DNA of 64,000 nt from a bacterium. Lineage in GTDB: Bacteria; Patescibacteriota; Dojkabacteria; SC72. A program made the position numbers and the translations under genes. The notes below the pieces were generated by a model. The model saw only the letters and a list, made by a program, of their open reading frames with translations, was not told the DNA's origin and made no database searches. Location: positions 11,538 to 75,537 of the forward strand of contig JALHDC010000003.1 in the NCBI GenBank assembly GCA_022840695.1, in the 5' to 3' direction. Each line of letters opens with the position of its first letter. Positions within the stretch are counted from its first letter, which is position 1. Shown here piece by piece: positions 1 to 9,696 of this stretch.

Positions 1-1759
1 TTATATTTCGAATAACGGCAGAGGATATGAATCTACCAACTTTGTTTTGTATTGGAGATATTGCTTCTGTTAACAATCGGTTATTCTGACTCATTTGAGC
101 AAACTCTTCAACCCAAAATTTGTAAAGAATTGGATCACCAACCTGCTTTAATATGAATTTTCGATAGTTTGTATCTACAAGCAAACGAATTATCGCCAAA
201 AGTGTTGTTCCCTGAGCCTCTAAAGCTGTAGCTATGGTATTTGTGAGAATATATTGCAACCTAGGTCCCCATGATTCTCCAAATTGTTTCTTAAACACCT
301 CCACTACACCATCTGCGATCAAATCTCTTTGTGACTTGTCCTTAAGTTCTAACATATTAAAACCAACAGGATTTTCTACATCAGTTGGATTAAAATATAT
401 GACATCATCTATTCTATTTGGAGGAATATAGTCAAGAAGCTCCTCTACTGTATCACCATGTGGATCCACGAAACAAGCTCCCTCTCCTGCTAATACATCA
501 GATATGAACATATTTTTAAATAGTGTTGATTTTCCTGTACCTGTTTTACCAAGAAGATAGAAATGTCTTTGTCTATCAGCTTTCTTAATGCCGAACTCAA
601 CTTTAATATCTCTGTAATCTGTTTCTCCAAATATTGTTACCTCGCCCTCCGTAGCCTTAGGAAGATTCATAGGAGGTTCCAGTTTTCTTGCCCTGCTCCA
701 GGCAATATTGGGTGTCTCTACTGAAATATTAGGGAGATGATATAGAGAGGCTAATTCTTCAATATTCAATATATCAGGCTCATCTTTAGGAATATATCTT
801 TTTATATAGTCATCATATACCTCTTTCCCTGTTTTCTCTGGAAGTATATGTATAAAGTTATTTAAATGGGCTGTGGTGAACTGCTTAAAACTAGCTACCA
901 CATCTCTTAACATCTGCTCCGATCTAATTTGAGTATCAGCCTTTGCTACAACTCTAACTTTAAATTCAAACCCAACCTTCAACATCTTATTCTCTATCTC
1001 AGACAATTCCTCCTCCTGCCCAGGAAGCAGTTTAACAACCTCCTTCTGATTCTTGCTGTCAGAACTTTCTGTTAAAGCTTTTCTCATTCCCCTTACCAAA
1101 TCTGTTAAGAAAGAAAGAAGAGTTACACCATTGGGGTCCTTCCCCTCTTTTATTGCCGTTATATATTTCTTTGATCTTTCTTGCCAATAGTTTGAGACAG
1201 GTCTAGCAATAATCTGCAACCACACCTTCTCTCCCAAATTTAATTCAGACATAGCACCCGTGATAGCTGCTAATGGATCTACTTCAAAACTTCGGAATGT
1301 CTTTATGGGAAATATATAATCCTTTTCCATCTCTATTTCTCCTGTTGTGATAAATGTCTCCTGACTAGAAGAATCATTACTAGCATAATCCTGCACATAT
1401 TTAATATCCGCATTTGGATATTGAGCATATATTTGGCCTTCAATGAAACGAGATAGATGCTCCGGAGCTACAACATAGAATCTAATTCCATCTTGTTCTG
1501 TAGAAGCTATTTCAAAACTAATAACATCTAAACATTTTTCATAGTCCTCCAAAATACCATGTATAGAAGCAAACATCTGTTCTGCTGCCAACGATGCTTT
1601 TTCATTTTCTCTTGGGACAAGTATCTGCATCACAAAAGGATTTCTAACCTCTTCAAAAACAGAAACCTCCTCTTTCTTTTTATTACCAACAACAAAGATA
1701 AAGATCAAAAATAGTATAGAAAGAAGAAGAAGAAAAAATATTACTAAAGTCATTATCAT
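1..1759 (-). CDS. VirB4/TraC/HerA-like P-loop ATPase (AAA_10/DUF87-type), N-terminal TM helix; 3' end lies beyond left window edge
   Basis: Continuous minus-strand reading frame from ATG at 1759 (MIMTLVIFFLLLL..) to window edge. It is absent from the ORF track because no stop falls inside the window. Walker A LLGKTGTGKST about 465 aa from the start, followed by FVDPHGD as in VirB4/HerA-family ATPases. Confidence 0.55.
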   Translation of the reverse strand, partial: MIMTLVIFFLLLLSILFLIFIFVVGNKKKEEVSVFEEVRNPFVMQILVPRENEKASLAAEQMFASIHGILEDYEKCLDVISFEIASTEQDGIRFYVVAPEHLSRFIEGQIYAQYPNADIKYVQDYASNDSSSQETFITTGEIEMEKDYIFPIKTFRSFEVDPLAAITGAMSELNLGEKVWLQIIARPVSNYWQERSKKYITAIKEGKDPNGVTLLSFLTDLVRGMRKALTESSDSKNQKEVVKLLPGQEEELSEIENKMLKVGFEFKVRVVAKADTQIRSEQMLRDVVASFKQFTTAHLNNFIHILPEKTGKEVYDDYIKRYIPKDEPDILNIEELASLYHLPNISVETPNIAWSRARKLEPPMNLPKATEGEVTIFGETDYRDIKVEFGIKKADRQRHFYLLGKTGTGKSTLFKNMFISDVLAGEGACFVDPHGDTVEELLDYIPPNRIDDVIYFNPTDVENPVGFNMLELKDKSQRDLIADGVVEVFKKQFGESWGPRLQYILTNTIATALEAQGTTLLAIIRLLVDTNYRKFILKQVGDPILYKFWVEEFAQMSQNNRLLTEAISPIQNKVGRFISSAVIRNI

Positions 1760-1804
1760 ACTGCAAATTGTAAATGAAAAAAGCTTTTTAAGCAAATATT
1801 AACA

Positions 1805-2998
1805 CTAGAAAATCTCTATTTGTGAAATATCTTCCCCAAGAAGTATTACAATGTCTCCCGTTGTCATAAAAGAGGGTCTTTCGGCAACTTCTTCAAATCT
1901 CCCGAGAAGGATTTCTGATACAATATCTAAAGAATTTGGAATATCTTGAGCATTTGATACATAGACAACACTTTTCTCTAGGTTCTTAGGTGCATTACCA
2001 AATCTAACTACATCTAACCCATTATTTAATACTTTTCTAGCATATACTCCCGCCCTACCAGCTTGACCACTTGCATTGTATACCTCTACCCGGACCCTCT
2101 CCTTCTCTAATTCTTTATCAACCATACCTGAAAGATATGCCCTCAAAGCTTTATCATATTCAGAAATATTTATATTCCTAACCTGTCCTCCACCTTCCGC
2201 AAGCTCCTCGGTAGAATACAAGGATAAGGAGATATCTAATGCATTTGTTTCAGAGGATCTTACACTAGATTCAAAAGTATCTATCTCTCTTAGTACATTA
2301 ACAAATGAAATATTTGAGTAAATATTCCCATCCATTCTACTTACTGTCTTAGCATTGAGTAATGTTTTTAAACTACCAAATTGCGATGAAAGAGTGTGCA
2401 ATCGAAAAAATGATTCAGAAAGGGTCGTTCCATTTTCCTTTTTATACATATCTCTATATCTTTCTTTTACCTCATTCATATCTCCATATACTTCACTAAA
2501 TACCTCGTAAGCTTCTGTTGTTACCCAAATATATTTATCTACTTTAAATCCAAGTATTTCACTTAATTGCCACAAGGCATACTCTACACCCCTGCCTTCC
2601 TGTAGGAAATCCCCTGCATATCTTAAAGATGATATTGCTACTGAATTTCCGAAATTTTCTTCTAATCCATTAAAGTGTAAAGATCCAGGAAGATATATCA
2701 GCAATGAAACAGCTTTCTCTCGATTTCTAAGAAATACATATACATCAGCAATTCTCCTTTTCTCGTTCTTCTCCCTTTCGAAAATGAAAATGGTACTTTC
2801 TAATGCATCCTCAGATTTAGATAAAATTCCATATCCGGGGATATTCTCTTCTATTGGATCTGTTGTTTTTATGTTAAAGAGAGTAAAGAAAGAAAAGATT
2901 AACAAACATATACTCCCTAAAAACAGTACAGAGGAAAGCAAAAGTTTCCAATTAAAAAGTTTCCCCTCTCTTTTTACTCTTCTCCTTCCTTTCCTCAT
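1805..2998 (-). CDS. LytR-CpsA-Psr (LCP) family cell-envelope polymer transferase-like protein
   Basis: N-terminal TM anchor. C-terminal segment RVEVYNASGQAGRAGVYARKVLNNGLDVVRFGNA matches LytR_C-type domain signature. Central region has LCP-like pattern. Confidence 0.55.
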   Translation of the reverse strand: MRKGRRRVKREGKLFNWKLLLSSVLFLGSICLLIFSFFTLFNIKTTDPIEENIPGYGILSKSEDALESTIFIFEREKNEKRRIADVYVFLRNREKAVSLLIYLPGSLHFNGLEENFGNSVAISSLRYAGDFLQEGRGVEYALWQLSEILGFKVDKYIWVTTEAYEVFSEVYGDMNEVKERYRDMYKKENGTTLSESFFRLHTLSSQFGSLKTLLNAKTVSRMDGNIYSNISFVNVLREIDTFESSVRSSETNALDISLSLYSTEELAEGGGQVRNINISEYDKALRAYLSGMVDKELEKERVRVEVYNASGQAGRAGVYARKVLNNGLDVVRFGNAPKNLEKSVVYVSNAQDIPNSLDIVSEILLGRFEEVAERPSFMTTGDIVILLGEDISQIEIF

Positions 2999-2999
2999 A

Positions 3000-3980
3000 C
3001 TAAATATCTTTTATTATTAAATCTTTTCCTTCTGTATCCTTAAACTTCAATAAAATTGATTTCAATTCTATTTTATCTGGCATACTCCTTTGCGATCCAT
3101 TGCCATACAAAGTATCTCCAATTATTGTCATACCTAAATATTCTAATGTAGCTCGAATTTGGTGCATTCTACCAGTTTCTATTATTACTAATATATCTTG
3201 ATTATTAATAGGTTTAATATATGAAATAGAGTTCTTAGCATTGCCACTCTTGAATATATTAAATTCCATCTTCACCCTATTTCTTGGACTCCTCCTTATA
3301 TATCCCCTAGCCTCATACCAAGAATTATCTAGAAGAAAATCGTTTTTTACGACAGCATCTATTTCCTTCTTTATATTTCTCCCTTTAATCGAGAAATATT
3401 CCTTTATCTCAGGTTTTAATTCAGAGTATTCTACCGTAGCAAGATATATCTTTTTAACCTTATGCTCTTCAAACTGTTTCTGAAGAAATTTCTGTGATCT
3501 ATATGACTTGGCAAAGACTATTAATCCTGAGACCCCTTTATCCAACCTATGCACAACCCCTGCTCGTTTAACTCTACTGTCATACTCCCCCTTTGATTCT
3601 AAATATCCACAAACCTTATTAGCTAAAGTATTTCCTCTATTCCCAATTCCTGGATGTACAACCATGCCCTTCTCCTTCTTTATAACTAGGAAATCTGTAT
3701 TTTCAAAGACAATATCTAAATCTCCTTCCTCCGCCTCTATCCTTACATCAGTACTCATGCTATCTTCTAATTCCTTAACCCTGTCCTCATTGACAAAAAT
3801 TTCATCTCCTTCGCTCAACTTATATCCTGGTTTTTGTACCTTACTATTGACAGTCACTAAGTCAGACCAATTGGATTTCAAAACGGTACGAGTTAATACA
3901 ATATGACCTACACTTTCTAAATATTTTGAAAGAAAAACATCTAATCTCTTTCCTACATACTCTCTAGATATCTTAATCAT
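3000..3980 (-). CDS. RluA-family (RluD/RluC-like) rRNA pseudouridine synthase with S4-like N-terminal domain
   Basis: Catalytic motif HRLDKGVSGLIVFAKS (HRLD..SG). Typical length of 326 aa. Confidence 0.85.
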   Translation of the reverse strand: MIKISREYVGKRLDVFLSKYLESVGHIVLTRTVLKSNWSDLVTVNSKVQKPGYKLSEGDEIFVNEDRVKELEDSMSTDVRIEAEEGDLDIVFENTDFLVIKKEKGMVVHPGIGNRGNTLANKVCGYLESKGEYDSRVKRAGVVHRLDKGVSGLIVFAKSYRSQKFLQKQFEEHKVKKIYLATVEYSELKPEIKEYFSIKGRNIKKEIDAVVKNDFLLDNSWYEARGYIRRSPRNRVKMEFNIFKSGNAKNSISYIKPINNQDILVIIETGRMHQIRATLEYLGMTIIGDTLYGNGSQRSMPDKIELKSILLKFKDTEGKDLIIKDI

Positions 3981-3983
3981 ATC

Positions 3984-4823
3984 TTATTTAGGTAATTTTA
4001 TTGGCTGATTTATATCAATAGAAGACACCTCTCTAACAGAAGAAACCCTTTCTATAGTGACACTACCCTTCTTTTTCCTACCGGCTATATTTAGAATTAT
4101 TCCAAATACAGTCCACACAAGGAAAAACACAACCCCACCTCTCTCAATATCGCTAATATCTATGGAAAGATATACATATGTTGTGTATATAACTAACAGA
4201 AGTGTAAAAAAAGTATCTAATACAGTTAAGACTTTTTCTTCCTTACTCCCTATCATCACAGCTTTTACAGAATTCTTCAAAAGAAAAAGTACAAATGGAA
4301 GCAAGATCATTACCAAACCCTGAGTTATCCAAGCAATATTCTTTGTTACACCTCCTAAAAGAAAGAATGACATACCCAACATTGATTGAGCTGTAAAGAA
4401 TATTGTGGTAAAAAGTTCGCTCCATTTCCATTTCTTAACAAAAATGACCCAGAAACCAGCAAATGTGAGGAATCCAACAAACATTAAAAGAATATCTATT
4501 CCCCAATCCCAAAATCTAAAAAATCTCCACGGAAGAACTCTAAACCAAAATATCTCATTACCATATTTCTCATATGGCAACCAATACCAGAAAAACGAAG
4601 AGAAATCACTCCAGTGAGTGATTATGTAAGATACTCTTCCTGTAAATAATCCAACAACAAAAGAAAGAAAAAAAACATCAAATATTGAAGTATTATTCTT
4701 CCTACTCTCCCAACAACCTCTCCAAAATATATATAATCCCAGAATTATCACAAAAGAGAAAAGAAACACTGGATGAATTTTAGAGAAAAGTTCACTAAAT
4801 TTTTCAATGAAAGTTTGATACAA
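3984..4823 (-). CDS. polytopic integral membrane protein, function unknown
   Basis: Multiple hydrophobic helices, W/F-rich. No recognisable catalytic motif. Lgt-like signature looked for and not found. Confidence 0.4.
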   Translation of the reverse strand: MYQTFIEKFSELFSKIHPVFLFSFVIILGLYIFWRGCWESRKNNTSIFDVFFLSFVVGLFTGRVSYIITHWSDFSSFFWYWLPYEKYGNEIFWFRVLPWRFFRFWDWGIDILLMFVGFLTFAGFWVIFVKKWKWSELFTTIFFTAQSMLGMSFFLLGGVTKNIAWITQGLVMILLPFVLFLLKNSVKAVMIGSKEEKVLTVLDTFFTLLLVIYTTYVYLSIDISDIERGGVVFFLVWTVFGIILNIAGRKKKGSVTIERVSSVREVSSIDINQPIKLPK

Positions 4824-4875
4824 CTCTGTTACAAAGGACTAAATTATATATCTTTATGATATCACAACTGAGATA

Positions 4876-5616
4876 CTATTTAGACTTTTCATTCTTCTTC
4901 TTTTTTGAATTTTCATTAACATCTACAACCTTCTCTTCTTTTTTAATCAAATTCTTAACTCTGTCAAACAATTTTTTACTTTGGTTAATGATAATTTCAT
5001 ACCCTCCGACAATTGACTCCCCTATCTTAACTGAAAATCCCTTTCTAATACTGTATCTTGTCTTCTTAGTCTCAACAACTTCTGTAGCTTCATCCTTAGT
5101 AGCCTGTATCTGTTTTTCCATGACTTCCTGAGTTGGTGCTAATTCCTCCACAACAGAAGATTTTTTCTTCATCTCCTGTCCACAGTAAGGGCAATATTTA
5201 TTCTTTTTGTCAACCAAAACCTCACATCTCTCACACCTTCTCTTTAACTTATACTTACAATTAGGGCAGAAGGTAAAACCTGGATAAAGCTGAGTTCCAC
5301 ACCTTGGACAATCACCTAACTCCGCAGTCTCATACTTTAAATATCTTCTCTCTAAATCTGCCCAATATATCTCCTCTATGGTCTGAGTAGGTCTAATAAT
5401 CAAATATATTATCCAACCAACTACATTTAATGAAGCAACCAAAAGTACGTATAAATATCTCACAGTCCTATTAGATGTTCTATCTCCAGAATCTAACCAA
5501 ACCCAATACAATACAACAAACCAAAATACTATCAACGCATAAAGGAATATATTCCAAACAAATTTGAAATCTATATTACCTATACTCTCCAAGAAATCTA
5601 ATATGAATTGTTCCAT
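4876..5616 (-). CDS. membrane protein with double zinc-ribbon (2x CxxC..CxxC) cytoplasmic domain and Lys-rich tail
   Basis: Two N-terminal TM helices, then CPRCGTQ..CPNC and CERCEV..CPYCG motifs. Confidence 0.45.
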   Translation of the reverse strand: MEQFILDFLESIGNIDFKFVWNIFLYALIVFWFVVLYWVWLDSGDRTSNRTVRYLYVLLVASLNVVGWIIYLIIRPTQTIEEIYWADLERRYLKYETAELGDCPRCGTQLYPGFTFCPNCKYKLKRRCERCEVLVDKKNKYCPYCGQEMKKKSSVVEELAPTQEVMEKQIQATKDEATEVVETKKTRYSIRKGFSVKIGESIVGGYEIIINQSKKLFDRVKNLIKKEEKVVDVNENSKKKKNEKSK

Positions 5617-5644
5617 AATGAATATAAATTAAAATACATCTATA

Positions 5645-5728
5645 TGGTCGAGGAGGGAATCGAACCCTCATGCTATTGCTAGCACGGGATTTTGAGTCCC
5701 GCGTGTCTGCCAGTTCCACCACTCGACC
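5645..5728 (-). tRNA. tRNA-Leu (anticodon CAA), type II with long variable arm
   Basis: Cloverleaf readable on the minus strand. Acceptor GGTCGAG/CTCGACC. Anticodon loop CUCAAAA. Long extra arm. T-loop GGTTCGATTCC. Confidence 0.85.
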
Positions 5729-5750
5729 TTAATATTGCCGTAATTATACT

Positions 5751-6188
5751 TTAGGGACAGACCCTTGTCCATTTATAGTCTTCTGCATTCTTTACAAAAC
5801 CTGCCTTAACAGGATTTTCTAATATGTATTTAACAACCCTATCTAAACCTTCTTGAGATCTAATTGACCTAGCATTATACCTACCTTGAAAAACATGGCC
5901 CACCCTTTTATATTTTTTGTTTATATAGATACAGTAGGCAGTCATAAAACGTTGCATCAATAGGGATAATTTAGAGGGACAGACCCCGGTTTTTATCAAC
6001 AAATGAAAATGATTATCCATAAGGCAATAAGCCTTAATTTTGATCTTGTAGCATCGGTTGTACTTATATAGCAAATCTAGAAAAATCCTCTTGTCATCAG
6101 AATCTCTAAACACTTTCGCTTTGTTATTACCCCTGTTATATATGTGATAATAGGTGTTTTTCTGGAAATCTCGTTTTCTCCTTGGCAT
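5751..6188 (-). CDS. REP-associated tyrosine transposase-like protein (RAYT / IS200-like Y1 transposase, COG1943)
   Basis: YHIYNRG..YCLMDNHFHLL (HxH) ..GHVFQGRYNARSI (catalytic Tyr) ..YILENPVKAGFV: hallmark RAYT/TnpA_REP motifs. Flanked and punctuated by GGGACAGACCC motifs. Confidence 0.8.
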   Translation of the reverse strand: MPRRKRDFQKNTYYHIYNRGNNKAKVFRDSDDKRIFLDLLYKYNRCYKIKIKAYCLMDNHFHLLIKTGVCPSKLSLLMQRFMTAYCIYINKKYKRVGHVFQGRYNARSIRSQEGLDRVVKYILENPVKAGFVKNAEDYKWTRVCP

Positions 6189-6242
6189 GATCCAAGAATA
6201 ACAAAGTATTATGAAATCTAGATTAAATGAAGGGACAGACCC
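5754..6242. repeat. three copies of palindromic 11-mer GGGACAGACCC (5754-5764, 5976-5986, 6232-6242) at the 3' end of, inside, and upstream of the RAYT gene
   Basis: Exact 11-mer seen three times within 500 bp. It encodes ..VCP twice in the RAYT protein. Related to the GGTCTGACC half-site of the REP-like elements elsewhere in the window. Confidence 0.5.
6208..6226. repeat. 19-mer ATTATGAAATCTAGATTAA (copy 1 of 3), between RAYT start and dnaB
   Basis: Same 19-mer at 28192-28210. 17/19-identical copy at 54694-54712. Contains the palindrome AATCTAGATT. Confidence 0.45.
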
Positions 6243-7553
6243 CTATTTTTTATACAAGTTTCTGAAACTTGCAATCTCATTAACAAATGCTAACTTTACA
6301 AGACCCGTAGGACCATTTCTATGCTTTGCAACTATTAACTCTCCCACACCCTTGTTCTCTGTTTCTGGGTCCCAAACCTCTTCCCTATCAATGAAAAGAA
6401 CTACATCGGCATCCTGTTCTATAGAACCTGATTCTCTAAGATCAGATAATTGAGGCCTCCTACTCTGTCTTTGCTCTATCGCCCTTGAAAGCTGAGAAAG
6501 TCCTACCACAGGTATATCCAGTTCTTTGGCAATATTTTTCAAACCCTGTGATATTTCACCAACCTCTAAAGTCCTACTCTCTTTACTATTTCCATGCATT
6601 AATTGAAGATAGTCTACAAAAATAATATCCAAACCTCTCTCTAATGCCAATCTTCTTGCCTTCGTTCTCAATGCATTTATATGCTGACCTGCTTGATCAT
6701 CAATGAAAATGTTCGCATCTGCTAACTCTCCCATTGTATCAGCTAATTTCATAAATTTTTTATCACTTAACCTTCCCGTCCTTATCTCCCAGAAAGGAAT
6801 ACCTGATTGCATACCAAGTAGTCTATCCATAATTTGGGTTTTGGACATTTCCAAAGAGAAAAAAGCTACAGTTTTATTCTCTACCAAAGCAGCATGTCTC
6901 ATCATATCAAGAGCCAAAGCCGTCTTTCCCACAGATGGTCTAGCAGCAAGTATTACTAAATCAGATTTTTGAAAACCACCCAAAAGGTCATCCAAATCTT
7001 TAAACCCTGTAGATATTCCCAAATATGCCTCATCCTTGTCTGCTCTCTCTGCTCTCTCATAGGCATCTTTGAGTAAATCCTTTATATGGACAAAGTTAGT
7101 CTTTGTCCCAGTTTGTGCTACATCAAAAACTTGCCTCTCAGATCTATCAATAACCTCATCTATGTTCACCGATTCATTAAATGCTAATTCTGTTATATTT
7201 CTACTTGCAGATATCAATCCTCTTCTTGTTGCACTTTCTTTAATTATTTCTCCATACTCCTCAGCATGTGCAGATGTTGCAACCATTGTAGCTAAATCAG
7301 CTAGATATGCCCTACCTCCAATATTTGTTAATTTCTTTTGCTTTTTTAACCTATCAGTTAATGTAATTAAATCAACAGGTAATCCTTCATTAAAAAGCCC
7401 TACAATGTTGGAATATATCAACATATGCCTATCATCATAGAAATGCTCGGGAAGGAGCCAACCTGAGACAGCAATTATTGCATCCTTATCCACAAGCATA
7501 CAACCAAGTAATGATTGCTCTACTTCTATATTTTGTGGTGGAACTTTTTCCAT
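6243..7553 (-). CDS. dnaB: replicative DNA helicase DnaB
   Basis: N-terminal DnaB domain (PPQNIEVEQSLLGCML). Walker A ARPSVGKTALAL. RecA-like C-terminal domain. 436 aa. Confidence 0.95.
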   Translation of the reverse strand: MEKVPPQNIEVEQSLLGCMLVDKDAIIAVSGWLLPEHFYDDRHMLIYSNIVGLFNEGLPVDLITLTDRLKKQKKLTNIGGRAYLADLATMVATSAHAEEYGEIIKESATRRGLISASRNITELAFNESVNIDEVIDRSERQVFDVAQTGTKTNFVHIKDLLKDAYERAERADKDEAYLGISTGFKDLDDLLGGFQKSDLVILAARPSVGKTALALDMMRHAALVENKTVAFFSLEMSKTQIMDRLLGMQSGIPFWEIRTGRLSDKKFMKLADTMGELADANIFIDDQAGQHINALRTKARRLALERGLDIIFVDYLQLMHGNSKESRTLEVGEISQGLKNIAKELDIPVVGLSQLSRAIEQRQSRRPQLSDLRESGSIEQDADVVLFIDREEVWDPETENKGVGELIVAKHRNGPTGLVKLAFVNEIASFRNLYKK

Positions 7554-7568
7554 TTTTTAATTATTAAA

Positions 7569-8213
7569 TTATTGCAAAAATACTACTTCCACTCCTGCTT
7601 GATCCTCCTCAACCCTTTTTTTATTAACATTCAAATAGTTTTCATCTCGGACATTAGCAAAACCAAAATGTTTTATGAATTCCTCTTTACCTTTCAGATC
7701 TTTATTATTTCCTCCCTCCTCTTTATATGCACAAGGGATCAATATTGCAGGATCTGTATTTGAAATAATTTTTTCTATTTTTTCAAAATCCATAAATGTA
7801 ACTCCATCCCCTACAGGAATGATTAAGACATCAACATCACCTAAATCTTTTGTATCCTTAGGATCGAATGAATTATCTGTACCTCCCATATACACTACTC
7901 GGATATTTTTTTCATCAATGAGATAGAAATTATCACCGATTCCCCTTCTAATCATTATTCCCCCAACCTCATACTCTCCAGGAGTGTATACCTCCATAAC
8001 CTTCTCTCTTTTATCTCCAACTACCTTATTATCCAACTTATTGTCCTCCAAAATACTTTTCTTTGGATCTTTGATATCTGTAAATATACATACATCTGCT
8101 CTTGTCTTTGGGAAATTTACACCAGAATTGGCTAACATTAAAGGATCTGTCAGTGCTGTAATATTATCACTTGTTAAAAGAAAACTTGTCCACCCTATCT
8201 TTTTAATTTTCAT
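7569..8213 (-). CDS. MBL-fold (Lactamase_B_2-like) protein, apparently lacking the canonical HxHxDH metal site
   Basis: N-terminus MKIKKIGWTSFLLTSDN..LTDPLM resembles UPF0173/MBL-fold hydrolases. No His-rich motif seen. Confidence 0.35.
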   Translation of the reverse strand: MKIKKIGWTSFLLTSDNITALTDPLMLANSGVNFPKTRADVCIFTDIKDPKKSILEDNKLDNKVVGDKREKVMEVYTPGEYEVGGIMIRRGIGDNFYLIDEKNIRVVYMGGTDNSFDPKDTKDLGDVDVLIIPVGDGVTFMDFEKIEKIISNTDPAILIPCAYKEEGGNNKDLKGKEEFIKHFGFANVRDENYLNVNKKRVEEDQAGVEVVFLQ

Positions 8214-8294
8214 ATATTGTTTTTAGTAAAGTTTAAAATACATGTACTAGTATGTAAGTATATCAAATTCTTCTATGGGGCAGTAATTTCTTTA

Positions 8295-8516
8295 TTAATC
8301 CACAAGACCTAGCGATTTTCTGACATCCTCAACCATTGATTCTTTCATCTGTTGCTTTATCAATTCTGTCTTAAGACTTTCCAATGAGGATATACTCGCC
8401 TGAAGTTGTGTCATTACCTTTGTATCATTTTCTGAAGAAAGAATCATCTTTTTAACACCTCCTACCTGTCCTTCGACTCTCTTAATTCTATTCTGAATAC
8501 TCTTTGAATATTTCAT
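8295..8516 (-). CDS. CsoR/RcnR/FrmR-family (DUF156) small transcriptional repressor-like protein
   Basis: NRIKRVEGQVGGVKKMI...TQLQASISSLESL matches the RLKRIEGQVRGI..Q..A family signature. No Cys/His metal ligands present. 73 aa. Confidence 0.6.
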   Translation of the reverse strand: MKYSKSIQNRIKRVEGQVGGVKKMILSSENDTKVMTQLQASISSLESLKTELIKQQMKESMVEDVRKSLGLVD

Positions 8517-8561
8517 ACATACAATATATCATGAACTTTCTTTCGGGCAAAGAGTAAAAGG

Positions 8562-9245
8562 TTATGCTTTTCTAAAAGAAGTCATCTTCTCTGTCAACAC
8601 TGACCCTGCAAATGCGAGTATGAATGTTGCGCCAAAAATCTCAAGAGATTCCTCTGCAATTACATATTCATTATATCCTTCTTGAAACATAATATGTGGC
8701 ATAGTATTTACATATTCTATGGCAATAGCGAGAAGGAAAAGTCCCCATCCAATTGCCATCATCCAAACATTCGGGATTTTTTCTCTAGCAAATCTAATGA
8801 CAAAGTAGGCAACTATCAGAGTAAGGATGATGAAAGGGCCTATGTAATATGGAAGCCAAGTTGTAGATGCATATCCTAAGTCAGTAATACTACTTTCATA
8901 CAGAACAGCACTCTCTCCAATAATTTCCTTCATATATGTAGAAATATTTTCATGGAGCTGCCCTATTTCATCTATACCTAAAAAGAAAGTCATACCGGCG
9001 AGTAAAACCCAAAACCATTCTCTTTTTAATGTCCCCTTTTTTAAATATATCAAGCACACAATCAAGAGTGATACAGTTGTAGAAAATATTAATTTGGAAC
9101 CTTGATATATTGTTGGTAGATTGGATTCGTAGTCTAAATGAAAAACAGCCATTTGAGGGAATATTAAATGTAACAGTATTACTAATACATCAATACTTAG
9201 AAACAGAAACAAGAAAGAAAATGGATTTTTAAAAAAGTTTTTCAT
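8562..9245 (-). CDS. integral membrane protein (about 6 TM), function unknown
   Basis: Hydrophobic helices throughout. No known motif recognised. Confidence 0.4.
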   Translation of the reverse strand: MKNFFKNPFSFLFLFLSIDVLVILLHLIFPQMAVFHLDYESNLPTIYQGSKLIFSTTVSLLIVCLIYLKKGTLKREWFWVLLAGMTFFLGIDEIGQLHENISTYMKEIIGESAVLYESSITDLGYASTTWLPYYIGPFIILTLIVAYFVIRFAREKIPNVWMMAIGWGLFLLAIAIEYVNTMPHIMFQEGYNEYVIAEESLEIFGATFILAFAGSVLTEKMTSFRKA

Positions 9246-9334
9246 ACCTCATTAACAGTATCATATTAAAACAGAAATTTGAAGATTAACTCTCCTTTAC
9301 TCCCCTATTATGTTCTGATATAATCACACTCGTT

Positions 9335-9673
9335 ATGAAGAAAGATATACATCCAAAGTATAATAATAAATTGCAGATCACATGCTCATGTGGAAACAGC
9401 TTTGTAACTGGTTCTACATTGGATCAAGACAACATTACTGTAGAGATATGCTCAAAATGCCATCCTTTCTATACTGGAGAACAGAAGATTGTTGATACAG
9501 ATAATCTTGTAAGAAAGTTTGAAGAGAGAGTTGCTAAATCTAAAACTTTGTCTTTCAAGAGTAAAAAGGAAAAGATGGAGAAAAGAAGAAAGAAGATTGA
9601 GGAGGCTGGAAATAAACCTACCTCTACCCTCACACTTAGAGATATGCTTGAAAACGCAAAGGTTTCTAAGTAA
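9335..9673 (+). CDS. rpmE: 50S ribosomal protein L31 with Lys-rich C-terminal extension
   Basis: MKKDIHPKY..CSCGN..CSKCHPFYTG: classic L31 zinc-ribbon signature. Confidence 0.9.
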   Translation: MKKDIHPKYNNKLQITCSCGNSFVTGSTLDQDNITVEICSKCHPFYTGEQKIVDTDNLVRKFEERVAKSKTLSFKSKKEKMEKRRKKIEEAGNKPTSTLTLRDMLENAKVSK

Positions 9674-9696
9674 CAAATTCCCTTAAATAATTTAAA

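Noticed and set aside
234-431. 65-aa plus-strand ORF
   Set aside because: Lies entirely inside, and antisense to, the long minus-strand ATPase gene. Low-complexity translation.
3984-4823. prolipoprotein diacylglyceryl transferase (Lgt)
   Set aside because: Polytopic membrane topology fits, but the Lgt signature (G.RhGNFhN.E) is absent. Left as hypothetical membrane protein.
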